DNA from: Candidatus Omnitrophota bacterium
GTDB taxonomy: Bacteria > Omnitrophota > Gorgyraeia > Zapsychrales > JAHFFX01
Assembly: GCA_023247705.1 (NCBI GenBank)
Contig: JAHFFY010000004.1
Coordinates: 2,561-66,560 of the forward strand
Reading direction: 5' to 3'
Length of the DNA stretch: 64,000 nucleotides
Positions 39,197 through 49,158 of this stretch are shown here, piece after piece (within the stretch, counting starts at the first letter, position 1; each line of letters begins with the position of its first letter). The translations under genes were made by a program, and so were the position numbers. The notes under the pieces are model-generated. The model did not search any database. It was given only the letters and a program-made list of their open reading frames with translations, and had not been told where the DNA came from.

Positions 39197-39478
39197 ATGC
39201 CAACCTATCAATATGAATGCTCCCATTGTCATCATCAGTTCGAAATCCTGCAATCGATGAACGAAAACCGTTTAAAGAAATGCCCAGAATGCGGGAAGAT
39301 TACTTTGCAGAGGTTAATCGGTACCGGAAGCGGGATCATTTTCAAAGGAAGCGGGTTTTACGAAACCGATTATAAGCAAAAAGGGTCAGATAAAGCGGCT
39401 TCGAAAGAGCTCGGACCTAAAAAAAGCCCCAGCCCGGGTGGTCATGGGTGTTCGCCCAATTGCGGGTGTACGGCTTAG
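39197..39478 (+). CDS. FmdB-family zinc-ribbon regulatory protein.
   Basis: YQYECSHCHHQFE...CPECG motif. Confidence 0.75.
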   Translation: MPTYQYECSHCHHQFEILQSMNENRLKKCPECGKITLQRLIGTGSGIIFKGSGFYETDYKQKGSDKAASKELGPKKSPSPGGHGCSPNCGCTA

Positions 39479-39487
39479 TTGCAAAAC

Positions 39488-39868
39488 ATGAAAATATTGA
39501 AATTTTGGTATCCAGTTCTAGCGTATTCTGGTATTATTTTTTGTGTTTCGAATATCCCCAATTTAAGCGCTCCGATCAATCATAATTCGCTGGATAAGAT
39601 CGCGCATTTGGTGGAATACTCGATGTTGGGCCTTTTCTGTACAAGAGCTTTATTGAATACGACAACTTTGCCCAATAAAGCCGTAGTCTGGATAGTGATT
39701 TCCCTTTGTTTTTTCTATGGAATTAGTGATGAATATCACCAATCATTCGTGGTTGGTCGTGTAGCTGAATGGGGCGATGTTGTAGCGGACACCATTGGCG
39801 GTTCTATAGGAGTGTTGATTTATCCTTTTCTTCGCAGACGATGTTTAACCTACTTTAGAAAAAAATAG
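39488..39868 (+). CDS. VanZ-like family membrane protein.
   Basis: ISDEYHQSFVVGR is typical of VanZ. The ORF-track start is a TTG at 39479. Confidence 0.65.
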   Translation: MKILKFWYPVLAYSGIIFCVSNIPNLSAPINHNSLDKIAHLVEYSMLGLFCTRALLNTTTLPNKAVVWIVISLCFFYGISDEYHQSFVVGRVAEWGDVVADTIGGSIGVLIYPFLRRRCLTYFRKK

Positions 39869-39908
39869 AAAGGACCACTCCGTTGGATTGAGGTGGATAA
39901 AGACGAAT

Positions 39909-41177
39909 ATGACCTACATTAAACCATTTAAAGCCCTTTGCTACAACAAAGACAAAATCAATGATTTTTCCAAAGTTGTCTGCCCTCCTTATGACGTGAT
40001 TTCTCCCGAAGACCAAAATTATTATCACAGTTTGCATCCCTACAATTTTATCCATATCGATCTGGCCCAAGATAAAGAAACAGACACGAAAACGGAAAAC
40101 AAATATACCCGGGCCCAAAAAATTTACCAGGAATGGATTCAGAACGGGATTTTGGTCGAAGATGCGAAACCAACCATTTATTACTATAAGCAAGAGTATA
40201 AAATCCGCGGGCAAAAATACAGCCGGATGGGATTCATCGCCTTGATGAAGCTGGAAGAGGACGGTGATTCGAAGATCTTCCCCCATGAAAACACGCATAC
40301 CCAGGCCAAAGACGATCGTTTCCGTTTAACCAGCGCTTTAAAGGCGAATTTGAGTCCGATCTTTGTGTGTTTCTCCGACAAAAACAAGAGAGTCCAGAAA
40401 ATATTCACGCAAAAGATTTCTGTTGAAAAACCAGCGGTGGATATCGTGGATCAGGGCGGGGTCAGGCATGTCATGTGGCGGTTAGACAATCCGGATGATA
40501 TCAAGGATATCCAGGAAACCCTGAAAGACCAGCAGTTGTTTATTGCCGACGGACATCACCGCTTTGAAGTCGCTAAGGAATACCGCAACCAGATGTTGAA
40601 AGATCATGGCAAATCGAACGGCCAGGAAGCGTTTAATTACGTGATGACCTATTTCACCAATATCGACAGTTCTGATCTCATGATTTTTCCTATTCACCGG
40701 ATCATCAAGAAACTGCCTGCCAATATCGATTTCCTTGAGGAGCCGTTTCGCATCGATAAAATAAAAACCAAAGAAGATTTATTGGTCATATTGGCGAAAG
40801 CCGGAAAGAATGAACACGCCTTTGGTCTATATACGAAAGACGGGATCAAATTATTGCGGCTGAAAAACCGACTTCTGATCGATGAGGTGGTCAAGGAAGG
40901 CTCGAAGGACTATCGTCATCTGGACGCGACGATTTTAAAACATTTTGTCTTTGACCGGATCGGAGTGAAATCCGAGGATATTGTCTATTCGAAAGATCTT
41001 CTGGAAGCGACGGCTGCTGTTGATGAAGGCCGGGCAGAAGCCAGTTTTATTTTGAATGCCGTAAAGATCCAGCAATTGAAAGCCATCGCTCTAAACGGCG
41101 AGCGGATGCCCCCTAAAACAACGTACTTTTACCCGAAAGTATTATCTGGGCTCACCATCCATTGGATGGATCATTAA
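39909..41177 (+). CDS. DUF1015 domain protein.
   Basis: N-terminal IKPFKALCYN...VVCPPYDVIS is typical of DUF1015. The ORF-track start is a TTG at 39888. Confidence 0.7.
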   Translation: MTYIKPFKALCYNKDKINDFSKVVCPPYDVISPEDQNYYHSLHPYNFIHIDLAQDKETDTKTENKYTRAQKIYQEWIQNGILVEDAKPTIYYYKQEYKIRGQKYSRMGFIALMKLEEDGDSKIFPHENTHTQAKDDRFRLTSALKANLSPIFVCFSDKNKRVQKIFTQKISVEKPAVDIVDQGGVRHVMWRLDNPDDIKDIQETLKDQQLFIADGHHRFEVAKEYRNQMLKDHGKSNGQEAFNYVMTYFTNIDSSDLMIFPIHRIIKKLPANIDFLEEPFRIDKIKTKEDLLVILAKAGKNEHAFGLYTKDGIKLLRLKNRLLIDEVVKEGSKDYRHLDATILKHFVFDRIGVKSEDIVYSKDLLEATAAVDEGRAEASFILNAVKIQQLKAIALNGERMPPKTTYFYPKVLSGLTIHWMDH

Positions 41178-41196
41178 CGCATACCAAAGATTTCCC

Positions 41197-42045
41197 ATGC
41201 CTCTTTTTGGAAAAAGCAAATATACTTTAGTCAAGGTCAAGAAGAAAGATATTCCGGGCGGATTATGGTTGAAATGTCCGGGTTGCGACGGTCCTGTCTA
41301 TAATAAAACATTAGGCGATAATCTAAACATCTGTCCTAAATGTGGGCATCATTTTACGCTGACTGCTCCGGAAAGGATCGAGCAGATGGTCGATCAAGAC
41401 ACCTTTCAGGAAATGGACGAAGATTTAGCCTCGATCGATCCTTTAGGTTTTCAGGGCCCGAAAACTTATAAAGAAAAATTGGAGAGCGACCAGAAAGCGA
41501 CCGGACTCAAAGAGGCGGTGATTACGGGGACCGGCCAGTTGAACGGGCATAAAATTGTTTTGGCGGTCACGGATTCCAGATTTATTATGGGGTCGATGGG
41601 ATCGGTGGTTGGCGAGAAGATCACCCGGGCGGTTGAGTACGCGACGGAAAATAAACTGCCCGTCATCATTGTGTCCGGTTCCGGTGGGGGAGCCCGAATG
41701 TATGAAGGCGTTTATTCGTTGATGCAGATGGCGAAGACCTGTGCGGCTTTAGCCCGGCATGATGAAGCGGGATTATTGCATATTTCTGTTTTAACCAATC
41801 CAACCATGGCCGGCGTCATGGCCTCGTTCGCGGGGATCGGCGATGTGATTATCGCGGAACCAAAGGCTTTGATCGGATTCACCGGACCGCGCATTATCGA
41901 GCAGACGATCCGGCAAAAACTCCCAGCTGGATTCCAGACATCGGAATTTTTGTTAGCGCATGGTTTAATTGATATGATTGTGCACCGTAAAAGTTTGAAA
42001 GACACGATTGCCAAAATTATCGATTACTCAACTGGAGTTGCATAG
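41197..42045 (+). CDS. accD: Acetyl-CoA carboxylase carboxyltransferase subunit beta.
   Basis: Zinc ribbon CPGCDGPVYNK...CPKCGHHF plus the carboxyltransferase fold sequence. Confidence 0.9.
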   Translation: MPLFGKSKYTLVKVKKKDIPGGLWLKCPGCDGPVYNKTLGDNLNICPKCGHHFTLTAPERIEQMVDQDTFQEMDEDLASIDPLGFQGPKTYKEKLESDQKATGLKEAVITGTGQLNGHKIVLAVTDSRFIMGSMGSVVGEKITRAVEYATENKLPVIIVSGSGGGARMYEGVYSLMQMAKTCAALARHDEAGLLHISVLTNPTMAGVMASFAGIGDVIIAEPKALIGFTGPRIIEQTIRQKLPAGFQTSEFLLAHGLIDMIVHRKSLKDTIAKIIDYSTGVA

Positions 42046-42277
42046 ATTTTCGATTGCATGTTGTGGATGTTTTGAATAGAATAAAATGTAAAATTATGTT
42101 CCTTCGCAAAAGAATAGGAACAGCAGTGTTTGTTTCACAGCAATTATTCTGCTTGGAGAATATTGCTGCTAAGCAACACTGGAAAGTTCTATAGCTTTTT
42201 CGAAACAGAATAATTGGCGATGAATTGAAGTTGATTGGTTTTGCGGTTAATCCAGCAGGACATAAAAAGGACATAGA

Positions 42278-43381
42278 ATGGCACAAGTCAGTCTCAAGGA
42301 TGTCAGCAAGATTCGTGAAGGGGGTGTACGAACGGTCGACCGGATTAATCTGGGGGTAGAGAACAAAGAATTTTTGGTCATGGTCGGCCCCTCGGGCTGC
42401 GGGAAATCAACGACCCTGAAGATGATCGCGGGCCTGGAAACGGTTTCGGAAGGAAAGATCTGGCTGGGGGACCGGATGGTCAACGATGTTCCGGCGAAGG
42501 ACCGTAATATCGCGATGGTCTTTCAAAACTACGCGCTTTATCCCCACATGACGGTCTTTGAAAATATGGCCTTCGGATTGAAATTGCGTCATTATGCCAA
42601 AGACGAAATTATCCGTCGAGTGAATGAAGCGGCGGATATTCTGGGGATCAAACGCTTTTTAGAACGGCGTCCTAAAGATCTCTCGGGCGGGGAACGTCAG
42701 CGTGTGGCTTTAGGCCGGGCGATTGTCCGTAAACCGATGGTTTTTCTTTTTGATGAACCGTTAAGTAACCTTGACGCCAAAATGCGCGACAAGATGCGCC
42801 ATGAGATCCATCTGTTACGTTTAAGATTGCAGACGACATTTATTTATGTGACCCATGATCAGATCGAAGCGATGACCCTGGGCGACCGCATTGCGGTCAT
42901 GAAAGACGGAAGACTGCAGCAATGCGCCGACCCGATTACCATTTATGATAAACCGGCCAACAAATTTGTCGCTAGTTTTATCGGATCGCCGACGATGAAT
43001 TTTATGCGCGGAAGAATCATCAAGAAGGAACGGAAATATTATTTCGATGAAGGACGATTCCAGGTCAAGTTAGTTGATGAAATGTTTAAAAGCATCACGC
43101 CTTACGAAGGCAAAGAGGTGATTTTCGGAATCAGGGCGGAAAATATTTATGACAAATTGTTCGTTTCTCAATCTTCGCCGGAGAACACGATTCAGGCGGT
43201 CTGCGAAGTCGTTGAACCGCTGGGATCAGCCGTTCATCTCTATTTGAATTCTGGAAAACATAAATTTATCGCGCGGGTCGGTGGGCATAATCGACCGGAG
43301 GTTAATCGGGATATGGATATCGTTCTTGATATGAGTAAAGTGCATTTCTTTGATATCGAGAGCGAAAACACAATTATTTAA
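42278..43381 (+). CDS. ABC transporter ATP-binding protein, MalK/UgpC-type, with a C-terminal TOBE-like domain.
   Basis: Walker A GPSGCGKST, signature LSGGERQR and Walker B FLFDEP. No permease gene is adjacent. Confidence 0.85.
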   Translation: MAQVSLKDVSKIREGGVRTVDRINLGVENKEFLVMVGPSGCGKSTTLKMIAGLETVSEGKIWLGDRMVNDVPAKDRNIAMVFQNYALYPHMTVFENMAFGLKLRHYAKDEIIRRVNEAADILGIKRFLERRPKDLSGGERQRVALGRAIVRKPMVFLFDEPLSNLDAKMRDKMRHEIHLLRLRLQTTFIYVTHDQIEAMTLGDRIAVMKDGRLQQCADPITIYDKPANKFVASFIGSPTMNFMRGRIIKKERKYYFDEGRFQVKLVDEMFKSITPYEGKEVIFGIRAENIYDKLFVSQSSPENTIQAVCEVVEPLGSAVHLYLNSGKHKFIARVGGHNRPEVNRDMDIVLDMSKVHFFDIESENTII

Positions 43382-43474
43382 TTTTTCTTAATTTTTTTTA
43401 TTTATCCTATTATTACTTCTATCTTTCACTCTCAGTTCCAATCAATTCCTTTCTTTTTTCTTGCCTTCGTTGTT

Positions 43475-44692
43475 TTGACTGTTTTTATTTCGATCCTGTT
43501 CACCTACACTTATCTGATCAGAAAATATCTGGAATTTAACTTCAAGAAACAAAATTATCTTGAGCGTATATCCGATCTCCAACGCGATATCGCGGATGAG
43601 CTAGCCAGACTCAAACTTCTCAATAAGAAAATATCGCGGTATCTCCAGTTGGAGGGCTTTATTGATGATTTGAAACGATGCGACTCCATTGCGGATATTT
43701 CCAATCTTTTATCACAAAAGGTCGAGCAGATTTTTAAGGATCAAGAAACAAAAACGGCCTTTTATATTTTTCATTCCAAAAGCGGAGAGTTAGGGATATC
43801 GTTTTTGGAAAAGGATCATATGCAGATCAAGGTGAGGTCTAAAAAGGGCGATGCGTTTGATCAATGGATCATTAAAACCATGCAATCTTTGTTTATTGCC
43901 GACACCAAACAGGACGCCCGCTTTATTCAACTTTTTTCGGCCAAGCAAAATTTGTTGACGGGAACAGGAAAAGAAAAATCCGATCATGCTAACGATGACG
44001 GTGAGTATTCCACTGATTCCCTGCGCTCTCTCATTGCCGCTCCTTTGGTCGTGGGAGATCGGGCGATAGGTATTGTCAGGGTGGATGGTCCCCAGACTAA
44101 TCATTTTACTTTTGATGATTTGGAACTTTTATCTAGGTTAGCTGGATTGGGAGCCATGGCCATCGAGAACGCGCAATTATCCGAGCAGACGGAAGAGATG
44201 GCCATCACCGACACCTTGACCGGTCTTTATCTAAGAAAATATCTGATGGACCGTCTGGCGGAAGAAATCAAACTAGCCATCCAGGCAAAAAATGATTTAT
44301 CTTTTCTGATGATCGATTTGGATCATTTCAAAATGTATAACGATCAATTCGGTCATATGGCGGGTGATTTGGTATTAAGGACGGTGGCCATGATTTTGGC
44401 GGATACCTTCAATGATCCAGGAGATTTGGTCTGCCGTTACGGAGGAGAAGAATTTTGCGCCTTCTTTCCGCATTGTTCCAAACAGAAAGCGGTTGAAAAA
44501 GCGCAAATTTTTCGCAAAAGGATCGAAAAACAGACGATTGTTTTGCGTCGGGAAAAAACGCATGTGACCGTTTCCATCGGGGTCGCAACCTTGCCTCAAG
44601 ACGCTTATACCAGCGAGAAATTAATCGATATGGCCGATCAGGCGATGTATCGCGCCAAGAAAGAAGGCAGAAATAGAGTATGTCCCTTTTAA
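43475..44692 (+). CDS. GGDEF diguanylate cyclase with an N-terminal transmembrane helix and a GAF-like domain.
   Basis: GGEEF active site and the RYGGEEF motif; GAF-like segment LIAAPLVVGDRAIGIVRVD. Confidence 0.8.
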   Translation: MTVFISILFTYTYLIRKYLEFNFKKQNYLERISDLQRDIADELARLKLLNKKISRYLQLEGFIDDLKRCDSIADISNLLSQKVEQIFKDQETKTAFYIFHSKSGELGISFLEKDHMQIKVRSKKGDAFDQWIIKTMQSLFIADTKQDARFIQLFSAKQNLLTGTGKEKSDHANDDGEYSTDSLRSLIAAPLVVGDRAIGIVRVDGPQTNHFTFDDLELLSRLAGLGAMAIENAQLSEQTEEMAITDTLTGLYLRKYLMDRLAEEIKLAIQAKNDLSFLMIDLDHFKMYNDQFGHMAGDLVLRTVAMILADTFNDPGDLVCRYGGEEFCAFFPHCSKQKAVEKAQIFRKRIEKQTIVLRREKTHVTVSIGVATLPQDAYTSEKLIDMADQAMYRAKKEGRNRVCPF

Positions 44693-45690
44693 TTGTTGTG
44701 AGCGGCACATTTATTTTTATTTTGTTATTGGGAAAATTTTCCGCATCGGTCAGCCGAAAATTTCATGCTGATTTTTTGAATCTGGAGGCAGAATTTAATG
44801 AATTGTCTTTGAGAAAAAAAGATCTTTTGTCCCAGCGGGATCATCTGGAAAAACAGTTTGAAAGCATCCGTGCGCTTTACGCGATGACGGAAGAATTAAC
44901 GCAGAACATTAACCGGCAGGAAGCGTTCTATATCATGAAATCCAATCTACGCGACAATATGTATCTGGACGATTATCAATGGACGGATGTTTTGGCTCCC
45001 GAAGTCATTCAAGAGGATAAAGAAGAAGAATCTTGTATTATCGAATTAGGCGCCAAGCCGGAGAACAAAGGGTTTCTTGTGTTCCGCAAAATCTCTCCGG
45101 AGGCCCGAAAAAAAATAAAAATTTTGGGGGAACAGCTGGCGTTGGCGATGAAACGCTTTGACCTTTCTGACGAATTGGAAAAGATTTCGATCACGGATAG
45201 TTTGACGGGACTTTATAGCCGACGGTATTTTTCGGAGCGTTTTGAGGAAGAATTAATGCGTGCGAAGTTAAAGAAAATACACCTGTCGTTTGCGATGATC
45301 GATGTGGATCATTTCAAAAAATTCAATGATCAATACGGTCATCTGACCGGAGATGGAGTCTTGAAAGAAATCGGCGCGCTTATCAAAGCCACGATCCGCG
45401 AAATTGATATTGCCGGGCGGTTCGGAGGCGAGGAATTTTGTGTGGTCTTGCCGGATACGGACAGGGTGGGCGCTTTGCTGGCCGCGGAACGTATTCGCTC
45501 GGCGGTTGAGAAAAAAATTATTAAAGCCAAAGATACGATTATCAAGACAACTGTCAGTATTGGCGTGGCGACATTTCCAACCCATGCGACCAAGAGCGAC
45601 GACCTGATGGATAAAGCTGATTGGGCTCTGTATCGGGCGAAAAAAAACGGACGCAACGCTATTTGCGCATTTGGATTATATACCATTTAA
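44680..45690 (+). CDS. GGDEF diguanylate cyclase.
   Basis: RFGGEEF motif; N-terminal transmembrane helix; 13-nt overlap with the upstream GGDEF gene. Confidence 0.8.
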   Translation: MSLLIVVSGTFIFILLLGKFSASVSRKFHADFLNLEAEFNELSLRKKDLLSQRDHLEKQFESIRALYAMTEELTQNINRQEAFYIMKSNLRDNMYLDDYQWTDVLAPEVIQEDKEEESCIIELGAKPENKGFLVFRKISPEARKKIKILGEQLALAMKRFDLSDELEKISITDSLTGLYSRRYFSERFEEELMRAKLKKIHLSFAMIDVDHFKKFNDQYGHLTGDGVLKEIGALIKATIREIDIAGRFGGEEFCVVLPDTDRVGALLAAERIRSAVEKKIIKAKDTIIKTTVSIGVATFPTHATKSDDLMDKADWALYRAKKNGRNAICAFGLYTI

Positions 45691-45913
45691 TTTTGATTCT
45701 AATATTTTTTTATAATAGATCTTCCCTTTAAATACCCATTAGCTTAACTGTCTGAAAACTTTTGCGGAAAGAGGGTTATGGAAGAAAAGAAAAGGTCAAT
45801 AACCTTGAATCCGGTTAAGTTTTCAGGTAAAATGAAACGTTTCTTGAACCAAAACTGTTTCTCCGGACTCAGGTTATGCGTATTTTTATTGAGTTTCTTT
45901 CTATTAAACGAAA

Positions 45914-45960
45914 TTCTAAATCTCTCGCCAGCATCGATGTCGCAAGCGAGAGATTTAGAA
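45914..45960. repeat. Perfect 15-bp inverted repeat (hairpin) in the 384-nt GGDEF-to-ROK intergenic region.
   Basis: TTCTAAATCTCTCGC at 45914-45928 pairs with GCGAGAGATTTAGAA at 45946-45960; 17-nt loop. Confidence 0.6.
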
Positions 45961-46074
45961 TAGGAAAGGAAAAGCTCAATAATATAATGGTCTTCTTCCC
46001 GCGGGGGTTTATAGATCCGGTAAGGATTAAGACTTGAATTTGATGGATGACCAGAACATAAAGGGTTTAAAGAC

Positions 46075-47016
46075 GTGAAAAAAAGATTTGTTGTGGGATT
46101 AGATGTCGGCGGTACAAATATCAAATTCGGTCTCACAGATTCTGCGGGAAAGATCCTCGCGCGTTCCAATCTCACCACGTCCAGTTTTATTGCGGATAAA
46201 ACGGAATTAATCAACGCTTTCGTGGACGGTTGTCTCAATCTGATCCATCAAAATAATCTCAACAAGAAAGATATCTTAGGAATCGGGATCGGTCTGCCTG
46301 GTTTAATCGATGTTCGCAAAGGGCTGGTCAGATTTTTACCCAATATCCCGGGCTGGAAAGATATTCCCCTCAAAAGGATTTTAGAAAAAAAAATTCAAAT
46401 CCCTGTTTTTCTGGATAATGATGTGAACGTTATTACGTTGGGGGAATGGAAATTCGGCGCAGGTGTCGGTTTTAAAAATTTTGTTTGTATGACGCTGGGA
46501 ACCGGTGTCGGCAGCGGCTTGATTTTAAACAATGAACTTTATCGGGGCGAAGGTTTTACGGCCGGAGAATTGGGGCACGTTCCACTCAACGAAAATGGTC
46601 CCAAATGCAAGTGCGGCGGAATAGCTTGCTTGGAACGATATGTCGGCAATAAACCGCTTCAGGAAAAAGCGGCGCGGAAATTCGGGAATAAAAATATTAC
46701 CTTGGAAGAGATGGATCGGCTCGCCAAACAAGGCGATCCTCGCGCGCTTCAATTCTGGAGGGAGACGGCCCAACAGATCGGGCTGGGGCTGGTCAGTGTC
46801 GTGAATTTGTTAAACCCCAAGAGGATTATTATCGGAGGGGGCGTCTCCAAGGCGTATCAGCATCTTTTTAGAGAAATAGAAGATACGATTAGGAAACGGG
46901 CCATATCCGTGCCGGCGGCGATGGTCAAAGTCATCCGGGCCAAACTTGGTGATTCGGCCGGGATTTTGGGCACGTATGTTTTAGTCAATGAATTCATTCA
47001 TGAGCGAGTTCGCTAA
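46075..47016 (+). CDS. ROK family sugar kinase (glucokinase / N-acetylglucosamine kinase-like).
   Basis: LDVGGTNIKFGL motif and CKCGGIACLE zinc motif; GTG start. Confidence 0.85.
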   Translation: MKKRFVVGLDVGGTNIKFGLTDSAGKILARSNLTTSSFIADKTELINAFVDGCLNLIHQNNLNKKDILGIGIGLPGLIDVRKGLVRFLPNIPGWKDIPLKRILEKKIQIPVFLDNDVNVITLGEWKFGAGVGFKNFVCMTLGTGVGSGLILNNELYRGEGFTAGELGHVPLNENGPKCKCGGIACLERYVGNKPLQEKAARKFGNKNITLEEMDRLAKQGDPRALQFWRETAQQIGLGLVSVVNLLNPKRIIIGGGVSKAYQHLFREIEDTIRKRAISVPAAMVKVIRAKLGDSAGILGTYVLVNEFIHERVR

Positions 47017-49156
47017 AAAATATAATTTCATTTTAAATTTATTTGAAAGAGGACAGCCCTTTTGTTACGTAGTGCTCCTCGTGATATTTATTTTGGTCAG
47101 GAGTCTCAATAGTTTTGCTCAGAGCGAAGATGCCGTCGAACTGAACGGTGATCAGATCGAGTTTATGCGGGAAACCAACAAGGTGATCGCCAAGGGCAAT
47201 GTCGTCATCATCAAAGGAAATGTGAAGTTGACCTGCGATAAAGTGGAGTTTGCCAAGGACACCAGCCTGGCCTCGGCCGAAGGACATGTGGTCTTGAGTT
47301 CTCCTCAGGGAACCATTTCTGGAGACAAGATGGTTTACAATTTTGATAAGATGACGGGTGATTTCATGGGGGCCCGGCTCGATTCGGATCCTTATTACGG
47401 CGCGGCCCAGAAAATGAGCAAGCTTGGCGAAAATCATATCCAGATGAGTAATGGATATTTAACCACTTGCGATCACGACAAACCTCATTTCCGATTTCTG
47501 TCCAGCAAACTGGATATTTATCCGGGAGAGAAGGCGGTGGCCAGGAATGTCCGTATGGTCGTCGGCAAGGTTCCGTTGATGTTTATCCCGCGTTTCAGTC
47601 AGGTGATCAATGATAAAAAGCCCAGAGTCATTTACACGCCCGGTTACGACAAGGACTGGGGGGCGTTTCTTTTGCAGAAATGGCGATATTATTTCAACGA
47701 AGATTTCAAAGGGACGATCCATCTCGATTATCGGGAACGGAAGGATTTTGCCTGGGGGATTGATACCGATTACAAACTCCGGAACATGGGTAGCGGTGTG
47801 ATCCGGACGTATTACATGAATGAACGCAACATCACCTCGAAACATTTTTATCAGCCCCGGCCGAGCCCAACGATCGAGAAGGAACGCTTTAAGGCCGAAT
47901 GGCGCCACAAATGGACGATCAACGATAAGACCGAAGCGATTTTGCAGTATTATAAATTGAGCGATCCCGGCATTCTGAAAGATTATTTTGAACGGGAGTA
48001 TGAAAAGGACCAAAATCCTGAAACGTTCTTTTTATTGACCCGTACCTTAACGAATGGAACGTTAAGTTTCCGCACCGACAAACGCGTGAACCGCTTTGTC
48101 TCAACGGTGGAACGCCTGCCGGAGATCCAGTACAATCTCCCGAGTCAGAAAATCGGGCCCACCAATTTTTATCTTAAGAACATCAATACTTTTTCCAACT
48201 TGAGTTTAAAAGCCCCTTCTCCCACGGAAGTCCGTAAAGAAACGATGCGGTTTGACACCGAGGACGAGATTTCGTATCCTTTTAAGGTCGGGTTCGTTGA
48301 GATGCGTCCTTTTGTCGCAGGACGGGAGACCTTTTACAGCAAGACTAAAGATCCGTCCCAGTATAATGTCGTGCGCGGTGTTTTCACGACCGGATCGGAT
48401 TTAAGCACGAAGTTTTATAAGATTTATGATGTGAAAAGAAAAATCATGGGGATCGAGATCAACCGGTTGCGGCACATTATTACTCCGTCGATCGCTTACA
48501 AATATCAAACAAACCCCACCATTTCTTCCGACCAGCTTGATAATTTTGACCGCATCGATACCATTTTACGCGATCACACGGTCGGGTTTTCTTTAGAAAA
48601 CAAATTGCAGACAAAACGGGATGGAAAGAATGTCGATCTTTTGCGCGGGATCTTAAGTTCTGATTTCCGTCTTAAGGAGTATCCGGGGGCCGGCGGGTTC
48701 GATCACGTTAAGACGGATATTGAATTTAAACCTGCGGATTGGTTGATTTTTTATTCCGATACGGATTATGATACGAATCAGGATCATTTGTCCTCGGCCA
48801 ATTTTGATTTGTATCTTAATGAAGGCGATAAATGGTCGTTTGGTTTAGGCAAACGTTATAACGTGGAAGTGGATGACCAGATCACCACTGATTTGAAATA
48901 TCGATTTAACCCGAAATGGGCGTTTCGCTTTTACCAGCGTTTTGATATCGACGGCGGGTTATTGAAGGAACAGGAATACACCTTAACCCGTGATTTGCAT
49001 GAGTGGGAAATGGATATCAACTTCAATCAAACGCGCGGCGAAGGCAGCGAGATATGGCTGGTTTTTAGATTAAAGGCCTTCCCGGATATGACGATTGATA
49101 TGGGATCAAGTTTCAATAAACGCAAAGCAGGTTCACAAAGTTCAGAAGGGAATTAA
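46988..49156 (+). CDS. lptD: LPS-assembly protein LptD (OstA family).
   Basis: Signal peptide; N-terminal OstA-like jellyroll (NGDQIEF...KGNVKLTCDKVEF...GHVVLSSPQG); large beta-rich C-terminal domain. Confidence 0.75.
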   Translation: MNSFMSEFAKKYNFILNLFERGQPFCYVVLLVIFILVRSLNSFAQSEDAVELNGDQIEFMRETNKVIAKGNVVIIKGNVKLTCDKVEFAKDTSLASAEGHVVLSSPQGTISGDKMVYNFDKMTGDFMGARLDSDPYYGAAQKMSKLGENHIQMSNGYLTTCDHDKPHFRFLSSKLDIYPGEKAVARNVRMVVGKVPLMFIPRFSQVINDKKPRVIYTPGYDKDWGAFLLQKWRYYFNEDFKGTIHLDYRERKDFAWGIDTDYKLRNMGSGVIRTYYMNERNITSKHFYQPRPSPTIEKERFKAEWRHKWTINDKTEAILQYYKLSDPGILKDYFEREYEKDQNPETFFLLTRTLTNGTLSFRTDKRVNRFVSTVERLPEIQYNLPSQKIGPTNFYLKNINTFSNLSLKAPSPTEVRKETMRFDTEDEISYPFKVGFVEMRPFVAGRETFYSKTKDPSQYNVVRGVFTTGSDLSTKFYKIYDVKRKIMGIEINRLRHIITPSIAYKYQTNPTISSDQLDNFDRIDTILRDHTVGFSLENKLQTKRDGKNVDLLRGILSSDFRLKEYPGAGGFDHVKTDIEFKPADWLIFYSDTDYDTNQDHLSSANFDLYLNEGDKWSFGLGKRYNVEVDDQITTDLKYRFNPKWAFRFYQRFDIDGGLLKEQEYTLTRDLHEWEMDINFNQTRGEGSEIWLVFRLKAFPDMTIDMGSSFNKRKAGSQSSEGN

Positions 49157-49158
49157 AC

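Noticed and set aside
45744-46238. A 164-aa minus-strand ORF overlapping the start of the ROK kinase gene.
   Set aside because: It overlaps the well-supported ROK gene and the structured intergenic region, with no motif support.
47459-48013. A 184-aa minus-strand ORF inside lptD.
   Set aside because: It is antisense to the LptD coding region.
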